Shown here piece by piece: positions 1 through 7,408 of a DNA stretch of 32,000 nucleotides. Both the position numbers and the translations under genes were made by a program. The DNA comes from Nitrosotalea sp. Its GTDB lineage: Archaea; Thermoproteota; Nitrososphaeria; Nitrososphaerales; Nitrosopumilaceae. Under the pieces are notes generated by a model. That model had not been told where the DNA came from. It made no database searches and saw only the letters and a list, made by a program, of their open reading frames with translations. The stretch is from the NCBI GenBank assembly GCA_050749405.1, contig JBOGRD010000004.1, positions 1-32,000 of the forward strand. The letters run 5' to 3'. Within the stretch, counting starts at the first letter, position 1. Each line of letters begins with the position of its first letter.

Positions 1-74
1 TAATGCATGACAGCTCTTAATCTGGTTTCAAATGTAGATTTGATCATGCCTTGACGGAGTTACAAGGCATGTTA

Positions 75-124
75 AAGCGGACAATAACCCTGGCACGCTA
101 AGCGGACATTATCTCTGGCACTCT
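75..124 (+). repeat. imperfect 25-bp head-to-tail tandem duplication at the 5' end of the radical-SAM-like gene
   Basis: 75-99 AAGCGGACAATAACCCTGGCACGCT and 100-124 AAGCGGACATTATCTCTGGCACTCT are 21/25 identical. The 25-nt period is not a multiple of 3. Confidence 0.8.
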
Positions 125-138
125 ACAATTATTGTCCC

Positions 139-1089
139 ATGTGCCCATTTGGAGATTCAGACAAGCAAGGTCAGATAAAACTTGCAAGTAAAAACGACTT
201 GACAACTGATCAATGGAAGCAGATTTTTGATAAGGTTGCAGAGTATTGCATTTGGTCCATAATAGAGGGCGGAGAGCCCACAAGCAGACCAGATTTTATG
301 GAACTTGTACGTCACGTATACAGCCTCAAATTGCCTATTACATTGATTACAAACTGTTCACTGTTACATACAATTAATCTTGATGAGCTAAAGAAGTACA
401 TTCAGTTCATTACATGCAGTATAGATTCGGTATTTGAGGAATCTTATTGCAAAGTTCGCGGGGTTACACCACAGATGTATCAACGTGTAATGCAAAATCT
501 ACAGTTGTTGTCAGAGCACAAGGTCCCACATTACTTTAATTCTGTCATAACCAAGTTTAACACAAAGGAGTTCATTGACAAATCATATTTTAAAAGGGCA
601 AAAGAGATGGGCGTAAATTCTGTTTCTCTGACCTTTGTAGAAGACAGGTCAGATGTAGATTATTCTTTACTTCCTGATAGGGATACCATTGTAAAAGTTT
701 GTCAGAGTGTACTTGAACACATACGTAGCAGAGAAGATCCTCAAGTCATGATCCCGCCGCAATATTTTGAACAGATAATAGAACATGGGCGTGGGATGTA
801 TGACGAGTGTGGAGTTTGGAAAAGCATCTTCGTGAACGGAAACGGTACAGTCATGGTACCATGTTGGAAATACAGTAAACCAGAAAACACGTACAACCTT
901 CTTGAAAAGAGCGTGGATGAAATCTGGAGTGCGCCACAATGGGAGATTGCAAGGACATGCCATGACTGCGAAGTGTTGGGATGTATATGGTATTCTTCCC
1001 AGCCTGTGACGACTTTTGCTCAAAACTACATGCGTGGTCTGTCCAAGATGATTAACCAGCGCGTTCCCGATACCGCACAGCAAATCTAA
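139..1089 (+). CDS. radical SAM / SPASM-like Fe-S enzyme with an incomplete N-terminal cluster motif
   Basis: 316-aa ORF. A GGEP-type SAM-binding motif (IIEGGEPTSRPDF) lies about 45 aa after an N-terminal CPMC. The Cys-rich C-terminus (CGVWKSIFVNGNGTVMVPC ... CHDCEVLGC) resembles a SPASM/twitch auxiliary-cluster domain. In-frame upstream codons read LYNYCPMC, so only 2 of the 3 CxxxCxxC cysteines exist, and the first start codon (ATG 139) lies inside the motif. Confidence 0.6.
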   Translation: MCPFGDSDKQGQIKLASKNDLTTDQWKQIFDKVAEYCIWSIIEGGEPTSRPDFMELVRHVYSLKLPITLITNCSLLHTINLDELKKYIQFITCSIDSVFEESYCKVRGVTPQMYQRVMQNLQLLSEHKVPHYFNSVITKFNTKEFIDKSYFKRAKEMGVNSVSLTFVEDRSDVDYSLLPDRDTIVKVCQSVLEHIRSREDPQVMIPPQYFEQIIEHGRGMYDECGVWKSIFVNGNGTVMVPCWKYSKPENTYNLLEKSVDEIWSAPQWEIARTCHDCEVLGCIWYSSQPVTTFAQNYMRGLSKMINQRVPDTAQQI

Positions 1090-1430
1090 TTGTTTTTTTG
1101 TGCAATAATCAGATCCACTTTATAATTCAAACTTAACCTGGAATTTACGTTTAATTTCCATGAAATAAAACCCGGATGTGTGGTTCTTTGAATTAATTTA
1201 AATCCAGTATTCCTCAAGTGTGATCTTAATTCTTCTGGGCTTGTTTTTGATTTTACAGAGTCTTTTCCTCGCTCAAAGTCATATGGGTCAGACAGCACAA
1301 GAAATCTCCCGGATTGTGGTAAAACAACCTGCAAAAGCTTTGATGGCTCTGTAATATCAAGCAAGTTTAATGCAATTACCAAATCAAATTTCTGATTGCC
1401 AAAAGGAGGATTTAACGAGTCAGCTACCAC
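1086..1430 (-). CDS. class I SAM-dependent methyltransferase-like protein, C-terminal fragment only (possible pseudogene)
   Basis: 114-aa ORF with a GTG start. It carries the post-I/II/III region of a Rossmann methyltransferase (KFDLVIALNLLD, GRFLVLSDP) but no GxGxG motif I. An in-frame TGA lies at 1437-1439, and only 131 bp of AT-rich non-coding DNA lies upstream. Confidence 0.5.
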   Translation of the reverse strand: MVADSLNPPFGNQKFDLVIALNLLDITEPSKLLQVVLPQSGRFLVLSDPYDFERGKDSVKSKTSPEELRSHLRNTGFKLIQRTTHPGFISWKLNVNSRLSLNYKVDLIIAQKNN

Positions 1431-1512
1431 AAATTCTCAAGTCAATAAATGCAAGATCCCATATAACAGATTTTTATTTTAAAATACAAAGAAGCACGTA
1501 CAAAAAGGCTAG

Positions 1513-1525
1513 TTAACTTAGTTAA
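1513..1525. promoter_or_regulatory. 13-bp palindrome TTAACT-T-AGTTAA upstream of the HTH regulator gene (candidate operator)
   Basis: Perfect 6-bp arms with a 1-bp centre, 37-49 bp upstream of ATG 1562. AT-rich TATA-like tracts lie on both sides (1471-1487, 1532-1540). Confidence 0.3.
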
Positions 1526-1561
1526 GTAACCCATTAAATCAAAGAAGCAAAATTAAGAGTA

Positions 1562-1849
1562 ATGCTAGAGGTTGAAGACATTAACTTTGTTGGTATGCAA
1601 GATCTCTTGTCAGACAAATCTAATAGAAGAATACTGAAATCAATTATGACAGTTCCAAAATCTACAACCCAACTTTGCATAGAATGCAACATACCTACAA
1701 GCACAGCTTATAGAAAGATGCAAAAATTACTCAATTATAAAGTAATACGTAGAAGTGGTACCATAAATGAAGCAGGTAAAAGGGAGATACTCTATAAGAG
1801 CAATTTTTCGGTTTTGAAGAAAACGCCCGAATGGGAAGAACTTTGTTAA
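1562..1849 (+). CDS. small winged-helix (ArsR/TrmB-like) transcriptional regulator
   Basis: 95-aa ORF. The pattern RRILKSIMTVPKSTTQLCIECNIPTSTAYRKMQKLLNYKVIRR fits helix-turn-helix plus wing. Confidence 0.6.
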   Translation: MLEVEDINFVGMQDLLSDKSNRRILKSIMTVPKSTTQLCIECNIPTSTAYRKMQKLLNYKVIRRSGTINEAGKREILYKSNFSVLKKTPEWEELC

Positions 1850-1880
1850 ACTAAAATAAAGTGCCATTTTTGTACATGGT

Positions 1881-2249
1881 GTGATTACTGTCAACTGTAG
1901 AGACATTCTTCCTATAAAATCAGCGTTAGCTGTTCATACTTCTGATCAGGTTGGAGCAGTTCCAGCCTTAAAGTCACGCGAATTTGTTCTTGCCCCTATA
2001 GAAGATGAAGAGATCAACGCCGCAAACGTCATATCAGCAATCAAAATGTTCCTTGCATCCTTGGGATGTGAAAGACACTTTGCAGTAATACAGAAAAACA
2101 ATGTCATTTCAGTAGTTGCACTTGATGGATATAAGATAGAGCCGCCGCCGCAAGATACCTCAGACCAGTTTTTCTCGTGTGTTCATTGCGGTCATGTTAC
2201 TCAATTTGAGACCACACACAAGAATCACATGAAAATTCATTATCTATAA
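1881..2249 (+). CDS. hypothetical protein with a C-terminal C2H2 zinc finger
   Basis: 122-aa ORF with a GTG start 25 nt downstream of AAAATAAAG. The C-terminus FSCVHCGHVTQFETTHKNHMKIH fits C-x2-C-x12-H-x3-H. Confidence 0.55.
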   Translation: MITVNCRDILPIKSALAVHTSDQVGAVPALKSREFVLAPIEDEEINAANVISAIKMFLASLGCERHFAVIQKNNVISVVALDGYKIEPPPQDTSDQFFSCVHCGHVTQFETTHKNHMKIHYL

Positions 2250-2354
2250 GATGTTCCTTGGTCAAATCTTTTCTTATTCATTATAAACCAAAAATCCCGT
2301 CAATTAGACCAAAAAATTGTTTCACGTACTGAAATGATACAGGTAGAACTTTTG

Positions 2355-2657
2355 TTAATTGGTAATTACTTCGTAGAATATCGGCTTAGGAGGGGTCTCC
2401 ATGTACGAATGTCCCTTTGATTGAATTTTAAAATGTTCCTGTGTTTGATGCATTTTTTCAAACTTTTCATGATTCTCAAACTCTACTAATATGGCATGTT
2501 TACCAGTACGAGTCACCAGCAATCTCCTGTTAACAAATCCATCAAACTTGGCAAGATCTTTGTTAGATTCATTTATCCATTTTTTGAATTCTTCTTCAGT
2601 TCCATTTTTCAGTCGAATCTCAACTACAGCTACGAACACAGAATTCTTCGATGACAA
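2355..2657 (-). CDS. ABM (antibiotic-biosynthesis-monooxygenase / Dabb-like) domain protein
   Basis: 100-aa ORF of the size and ferredoxin-like beta-alpha-beta pattern typical of ABM domains (VFVAVVEIRLKNGTEEEFKKW ... HAILVEFENHEKFEKMHQTQEH). Start is TTG 2657 or GTG 2639. Confidence 0.55.
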   Translation of the reverse strand: MSSKNSVFVAVVEIRLKNGTEEEFKKWINESNKDLAKFDGFVNRRLLVTRTGKHAILVEFENHEKFEKMHQTQEHFKIQSKGHSYMETPPKPIFYEVITN

Positions 2658-2675
2658 GAGGATTTAAGAGGATTT
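2656..2675. repeat. perfect tandem 10-bp repeat (AAGAGGATTT x2) at the start of the ABM gene
   Basis: Copies at 2656-2665 and 2666-2675 are identical. The repeat lies between a TATA-like AATATTAG (minus strand, about 2677-2684) and the start codon. Confidence 0.6.
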
Positions 2676-2752
2676 CTAATATTCCCATTCTTTGCAAATA
2701 AGGTCACGATAGGCGCAATAATGCTAAATAAAGGATTACTTTCGACAGATGT

Positions 2753-3010
2753 ATGAATGAGAAACTGCTCATATTTGGTGGGATTGCAGCAGCAATTGCA
2801 ATTATGACCACGGCGGTTTTCCCATTTTGGAATCTCATACCCAACACAGTAACTGAAGAAGTTACAGTAAGGTCAGCAGACCAAAACGGTTGTTATGTTG
2901 AGACTCATGATCATTTTGTCATAAAGATACCTCCATGCAATGCACAACCTGGGCAGAACATCACAGCTACATTTGATGCAAAAGTAAGAGATCGTGAGAA
3001 GCAGATCTAA
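2753..3010 (+). CDS. small membrane-anchored hypothetical protein
   Basis: 85-aa ORF with one N-terminal hydrophobic helix (LLIFGGIAAAIAIMTTAVFPFW) followed by a short soluble domain with 2 Cys. It overlaps the pth2 stop by 4 nt. Confidence 0.45.
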   Translation: MNEKLLIFGGIAAAIAIMTTAVFPFWNLIPNTVTEEVTVRSADQNGCYVETHDHFVIKIPPCNAQPGQNITATFDAKVRDREKQI

Positions 3011-3363
3011 AGCAACTTCAAACTTTGTGTAACTTTATCAATCGTGTCTTCTGGAGCAGGCCCTATGGAGATACAGGTCACTGTTCCAGGCTCAATCTGG
3101 GTATGACCCGCATCGGTCACCTCTGACCATGGCAGACCAAGAGAGATTACATGTTTTTTTACATTTTCCAATTCAGATAAACTTGAAACTTTGAGTACTA
3201 CTTTTTCTTGACCAGACTCTTGCCATTCACTATACCATTCCCTATGAGACTTTCTCACATGTTCTGCTCCTAAAACACATGCATGCCCCACTTGGGCTGC
3301 AATCTTTCCAGTACCCATACCAAGATCCTTTCTTACCACTATTACTTGTTTAATGGCACCCAT
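3007..3363 (-). CDS. pth2: peptidyl-tRNA hydrolase, archaeal/eukaryotic Pth2 type
   Basis: 118 aa. Matching segments are KQVIVVRKDLGMGTGKIAAQVGHA, VVLKV and TDAGHTQIEPGTVTCISIGPAP, and the size fits the Pth2 family. Confidence 0.9.
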   Translation of the reverse strand: MGAIKQVIVVRKDLGMGTGKIAAQVGHACVLGAEHVRKSHREWYSEWQESGQEKVVLKVSSLSELENVKKHVISLGLPWSEVTDAGHTQIEPGTVTCISIGPAPEDTIDKVTQSLKLL

Positions 3364-3444
3364 ATCAATTTGGAATAATAATAGTACATGTTAAACTTTT
3401 GAATTGAAAGTATTTTTGTCATAGACAATAACGGATTTGAGGCA

Positions 3445-3465
3445 AGTCTTCAACAGTTGAAGACT
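3445..3465. promoter_or_regulatory. 21-bp perfect palindrome AGTCTTCAAC-A-GTTGAAGACT in the pth2 / geranylgeranyl-reductase divergent intergenic region
   Basis: 10-bp perfect arms with a single-base centre, followed by ATGCTTTTT. It lies 82 bp from the pth2 start and 99 bp from the reductase start. Confidence 0.5.
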
Positions 3466-3563
3466 ATGCTTTTTACAAATATGTGATTGCACCCCAAGCA
3501 AGAGGCAAGAGATGTTTGTTGATACGATGTTTGATATAAATAAATGATAAAAAATAACAAAGT

Positions 3564-4700
3564 GTGGATTACGACGTAGTTGTTGCAGGTGGAAGCGTAG
3601 CAGGGCTCTTATGTGCGAGAGAAATTTCCGCACGAGGGCACAAAGTACTTGTCATAGAAGAAGACTATGAGATTGGTACACCAGAACACTGCGGGGGGCT
3701 CGTGAGCACATTAGCTATGGATGATCTCGGAATCATCCCAATGAGAGCTACACTTGACAACAAGGTAAGATCAGCACGCATGGTGGCACCATCAGGAAAA
3801 AGCTTTACACTAGACGCAAGACCGCAACAGGTCATAGTACTTGATAGAAGAGAATTTGACAAACAAATTGCGCATCAGGCCAAAGTCAATGGCGCAGAAA
3901 TACGGGTAAGATCATCGCTCAGAGAAATAACAAAAAACGGTGTTAGGACAACAGATGGGGACATCAAGTGTAAGATCATAGTTGATGCAAGAGGAGTTTC
4001 TTCTTTAATTCACAAGGACCGTACGGGAACACTACAATCTGCACAATATGAGGTATATGCAGACTGGATTGATAAGGAACAAGTCGAAGTATACCTTGAT
4101 CAAGAAAAATATCCAGGTTTCTTTGCATGGGTAATACCAACTAGACGCGACGAGGCAAAAGTCGGAGTTGCCGGAAAGGGAATCAATCCAGCAGCAGTAC
4201 TAGAAGATTTTTTGAAGCAAAAAGGCGGCTATTCCACTGTAAGAAAGATATTTGCACCAATATGGATAAAGGGCCCAATCAAAGAATTTGTAACAAGAAA
4301 CATAGTAACCGTAGGAGATGCAGCAGGACAGGCAAAACCCACGACGGCCGGTGGAATTTATTCTTCAGGACTTGGTGGCATATTAGCTGGAAATGCCATA
4401 TCCAAATTCTTGGAATCTGGAAAAGAGAAAGAGTTACAGAGATATCAGAAAGAGTGGTCAGATAAATTTGGAAAAGAGTTCGATCAAATGCTTCTTGCTA
4501 GATCTCTTCTTGAAAGACTTGACAACAAATCAATCAATGATCTTTTTGAATCAATAACTCCTCAAGTATTAGAGGAGATTTCAAAAGAGGGAAGTTTTGA
4601 CTTTCACACAGTATCGGTTGCAAAACTTTTGGGAATAAAGGGTTCTGTAAAAGCTATTCAGGCAATTTTAGGAAATGAATTGAGACGTTTATTGAGTTGA
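3564..4700 (+). CDS. FAD-dependent geranylgeranyl reductase family protein (archaeal lipid saturation)
   Basis: 378 aa with a GTG start. N-terminal dinucleotide fold YDVVVAGGSVAGLLCAREISARGHKVLVIEE. GGLV, VGDAAGQAKPTTAGGI and the length are typical of digeranylgeranylglycerophospholipid reductases. Confidence 0.8.
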   Translation: MDYDVVVAGGSVAGLLCAREISARGHKVLVIEEDYEIGTPEHCGGLVSTLAMDDLGIIPMRATLDNKVRSARMVAPSGKSFTLDARPQQVIVLDRREFDKQIAHQAKVNGAEIRVRSSLREITKNGVRTTDGDIKCKIIVDARGVSSLIHKDRTGTLQSAQYEVYADWIDKEQVEVYLDQEKYPGFFAWVIPTRRDEAKVGVAGKGINPAAVLEDFLKQKGGYSTVRKIFAPIWIKGPIKEFVTRNIVTVGDAAGQAKPTTAGGIYSSGLGGILAGNAISKFLESGKEKELQRYQKEWSDKFGKEFDQMLLARSLLERLDNKSINDLFESITPQVLEEISKEGSFDFHTVSVAKLLGIKGSVKAIQAILGNELRRLLS

Positions 4701-4755
4701 ATGTGCATCTAGTCATAAGGAAGATATAAATTCGGTAGAGAGCCCATCTTCCAAC

Positions 4756-4935
4756 ATGTCGTCGTCTATTACTTTACCAGTATGCACTTCGTGCCATAGA
4801 CCAATAATGCCTAATGATAAATGCGTAAAATTCAACTGCCCTAGCTGTGGTACCGTACTGCTTTGGCGCTGTGAAAGTTGCAGAGAGGCAGCTAGCGCAT
4901 ACAAGTGCAAATCATGTAATTTTGAAGGTCCATAA
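4756..4935 (+). CDS. Zn-ribbon protein (four CxxC), the type conserved upstream of aEF-1beta (COG2888-like)
   Basis: 59-aa ORF just below the ORF-track cutoff: MSSSITLPVCTSCHRPIMPNDKCVKFNCPSCGTVLLWRCESCREAASAYKCKSCNFEGP. CxxC motifs are CTSC, CPSC, CESC and CKSC. Its stop lies 5 nt before the ef1b ATG. Confidence 0.8.
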   Translation: MSSSITLPVCTSCHRPIMPNDKCVKFNCPSCGTVLLWRCESCREAASAYKCKSCNFEGP

Positions 4936-4940
4936 AGGAA

Positions 4941-5222
4941 ATGCCTCGACTAGTATTACGAGCAAAGATTTTACCAACAGGTACTGAAATAGATCTTGAT
5001 AACGTTGCCAAAAAGATCAACATGGCTCTAAAGGATGGCATAACGCTCTTAAAATATACAAAAGAGCCACTTGCTTTTGGTCTCTACTTTATTAATGCCG
5101 AATTCTCCTTAGATGATAAGGAAGGACAGATGGACTCGCTTGAAAACAGTGTACGTTCAATTGAAGGCGTAGGAGAGTTCGAGGTGCTGGGAATAAGTCG
5201 AGCTTCTGTAGATGCCAAGTAA
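4941..5222 (+). CDS. ef1b: translation elongation factor aEF-1 beta
   Basis: 93 aa. KILPTGTEIDLDNVAKKI ... EPLAFGLYFINAEF ... EGVGEFEVLGISR matches the archaeal EF-1beta guanine-exchange domain pattern and size. Confidence 0.85.
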   Translation: MPRLVLRAKILPTGTEIDLDNVAKKINMALKDGITLLKYTKEPLAFGLYFINAEFSLDDKEGQMDSLENSVRSIEGVGEFEVLGISRASVDAK

Positions 5223-5234
5223 TGAGGTGTCTTT

Positions 5235-7406
5235 TTGGTAAAAAAAGACGAGCTGCTCCAGATGCGTGTTGGAGAGGCTAAGCAGAGAGATGTAGGCAAA
5301 AGACGCGCTAGGATAGAACCAGAAGCTATGGAATTTTTAAAAGTCGAGCCTGGAGACATGATAGAGATCATAGGAAAAAAATCCAGCTGTGCAATAGTAT
5401 GGCCTGCCGATGATGATAACAAGGCACCAGATATGGTTAGAATAGACGGTCAGACAAGAAAGAATGTCAATGTAGGAATAAACGATCTGGTCAATGTTAG
5501 AAAAGTTATTGCAAAACCAGCAAAAAGTGTAGTCTTGATGCCAGTTAACGGGAATGTTACAGTAGACAAGGAATTTACAGATTTTGTCAAAAATAGGTTA
5601 AAGGGCTTACCCCTTTCTGAAGGAGATGAAATATCAGTAATGATTCTTGGAAATTCCATGGACTTTAAGATACACAAGATTTCACCAAAAAGTGTTGCCA
5701 AAATAGACCGTGGTACGTCACTTACCATTTTGACTGACGCGTCAGTTGACAAAAAGATACGTGTTACATACGAGGAGATAGGTGGGCTCAGATCACAGAT
5801 AGACAGAATGCGTGAGATTGTAGAACTTCCCTTAAAACATCCCGAGGTTTTCAGTAGATTAAACATAGAACCACATAGTGGGATTCTCTTGTACGGACCT
5901 CCTGGATGTGGAAAGACATTGATTGCAAAAGTACTTGCAAGTGAATCAGAAGCCAACTTCTATTCCATAAATGGTCCTGAGATAATGAACAAGTATTATG
6001 GAGAGACAGAGGCAAGACTTAGAGATATTTTCAAAGAAGCAAAAGACAACGCCCCAAGTGTAATATTTATCGATGAAATTGATGCAATTGCTCCAAAAAG
6101 AGAAGAAGCCTACGGAGATGTTGAGAAAAGAGTAGTAGCTCAGCTATTGGCATTGATGGATGGCCTAACAGACAGAGGCAATGTAATCGTGCTAGGGGCA
6201 ACAAACAGACCAGAAAGTGTAGACCCTGCATTGAGAAGACCGGGTAGATTTGACAGAGAGATAGAAATCTCAGTACCAAACGCGGAAGGCAGATTAGAGA
6301 TCCTACAGATTCACACAAGAGGAATGCCTATTGCAGATGATGTTGAATTGAAGGTCCTTGCAGCAGAGCTTCATGGATATACAGGTGCTGATATCAAGTC
6401 GCTTTGTAGAGAGGCAGCAATGAAAGCTCTCAGAGCATTTTTGCCAGAAATTGAAATGGAGACAGAAAAGATATCACCTGCAATTTTACAGAAGATGACC
6501 ATACGCCTTCAAGACTTTTACGATGCAACACATGAAATTGTTCCAACTGCAATGAGAGAGTTCTACGTCGAAAGTCCAAAAGTATGGTGGAAAGACGTGG
6601 GAGGACTAGATGACGCAAAAAGAACACTAAATGATAATTTGATTACAGCCATAAAGGAACCAGCAAAATTTCAGAAAATGGGCATCAAACCTCCAAAAGG
6701 CGCTTTGCTTTATGGACCCCCAGGATGTGGAAAGACGATGCTTGCAAGAGCACTTGCAACAGAGAGCGGTGGTAACATGATATTTGTCAGAGGAGCAGAA
6801 ATCTTGTCAAAATGGGTAGGAGAATCTGAAAAGGCAATAAGAGAGATTTTCAGAAAAGCAAAAGCATCATCACCATGTATTATAATTTTTGACGAATTGG
6901 ATTCCTTGGCAAGATCAAAATCACTTGAAGAAGGAGGAGTGGGAGAAAGACTACTCAGTCAGTTGCTCACTGAAATGGAAGATGGGGGAGCTGCAAGAGT
7001 AATAGTCATCGGAGTTTCCAATAGACCTGATCTTATAGACCCCTCATTGTTAAGGCCCGGTCGCCTAGATTTGATACTCTTCATTCCACCACCTGAAGAA
7101 AAAGGAAGATTTGAGATAATTAAGACGCTCACACGACAGATGCCTCTATCTGGAGATGTCGATTTGAAGGAGATCGCCCTTTCAACAAAGGGATACACAG
7201 GTGCTGACTTGGTAGCAGTGTGCAGAGAGGCGGCAGTACAAGCTATGAGAAATAACACACCAAAAATCAGTAGCATAGACTTTGCCGCAGCATTAAAAGT
7301 CGTCAAACCTTCTATTACCAAAGGCGTTGAGGATTGGTATTCCTCAATCAAAGACAATATATCATACGCGTTACCCAAGCCAATTGACAAGGCATTTTAT
7401 GGTTAG
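5235..7406 (+). CDS. cdc48: Cdc48/VCP-type AAA+ ATPase (N domain plus two AAA modules)
   Basis: 723 aa with two Walker A motifs (GPPGCGKT twice) and Walker B motifs IIFIDEID and IIIFDELD. Also GATNRP/SNRPDLIDPSLLRPGR. The C-terminus ...KAFYG fits the HbYX proteasome-docking pattern. Start is TTG 5235 or ATG 5262. Confidence 0.95.
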   Translation: MVKKDELLQMRVGEAKQRDVGKRRARIEPEAMEFLKVEPGDMIEIIGKKSSCAIVWPADDDNKAPDMVRIDGQTRKNVNVGINDLVNVRKVIAKPAKSVVLMPVNGNVTVDKEFTDFVKNRLKGLPLSEGDEISVMILGNSMDFKIHKISPKSVAKIDRGTSLTILTDASVDKKIRVTYEEIGGLRSQIDRMREIVELPLKHPEVFSRLNIEPHSGILLYGPPGCGKTLIAKVLASESEANFYSINGPEIMNKYYGETEARLRDIFKEAKDNAPSVIFIDEIDAIAPKREEAYGDVEKRVVAQLLALMDGLTDRGNVIVLGATNRPESVDPALRRPGRFDREIEISVPNAEGRLEILQIHTRGMPIADDVELKVLAAELHGYTGADIKSLCREAAMKALRAFLPEIEMETEKISPAILQKMTIRLQDFYDATHEIVPTAMREFYVESPKVWWKDVGGLDDAKRTLNDNLITAIKEPAKFQKMGIKPPKGALLYGPPGCGKTMLARALATESGGNMIFVRGAEILSKWVGESEKAIREIFRKAKASSPCIIIFDELDSLARSKSLEEGGVGERLLSQLLTEMEDGGAARVIVIGVSNRPDLIDPSLLRPGRLDLILFIPPPEEKGRFEIIKTLTRQMPLSGDVDLKEIALSTKGYTGADLVAVCREAAVQAMRNNTPKISSIDFAAALKVVKPSITKGVEDWYSSIKDNISYALPKPIDKAFYG

Positions 7407-7408
7407 AT

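Noticed and set aside
98-283. 61-aa minus-strand ORF at the window start
   Set aside because: It is antisense to the 5' end of the radical-SAM-like gene and has no motifs.
3391-3633. 80-aa minus-strand ORF spanning the pth2/reductase spacer
   Set aside because: It covers an AT-rich divergent promoter region and overlaps the reductase N-terminal FAD-binding motif by 70 nt. Its translation is low-complexity (Leu/Ile/Ser/His-rich).
4713-4910. 65-aa minus-strand ORF
   Set aside because: The opposite strand encodes a four-CxxC Zn-ribbon in the conserved position upstream of aEF-1beta.
5450-5956. 168-aa minus-strand ORF, plus other minus ORFs at 6067-7572
   Set aside because: They are antisense to cdc48 and have no motifs. 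The sense frame has unambiguous AAA+ signatures.
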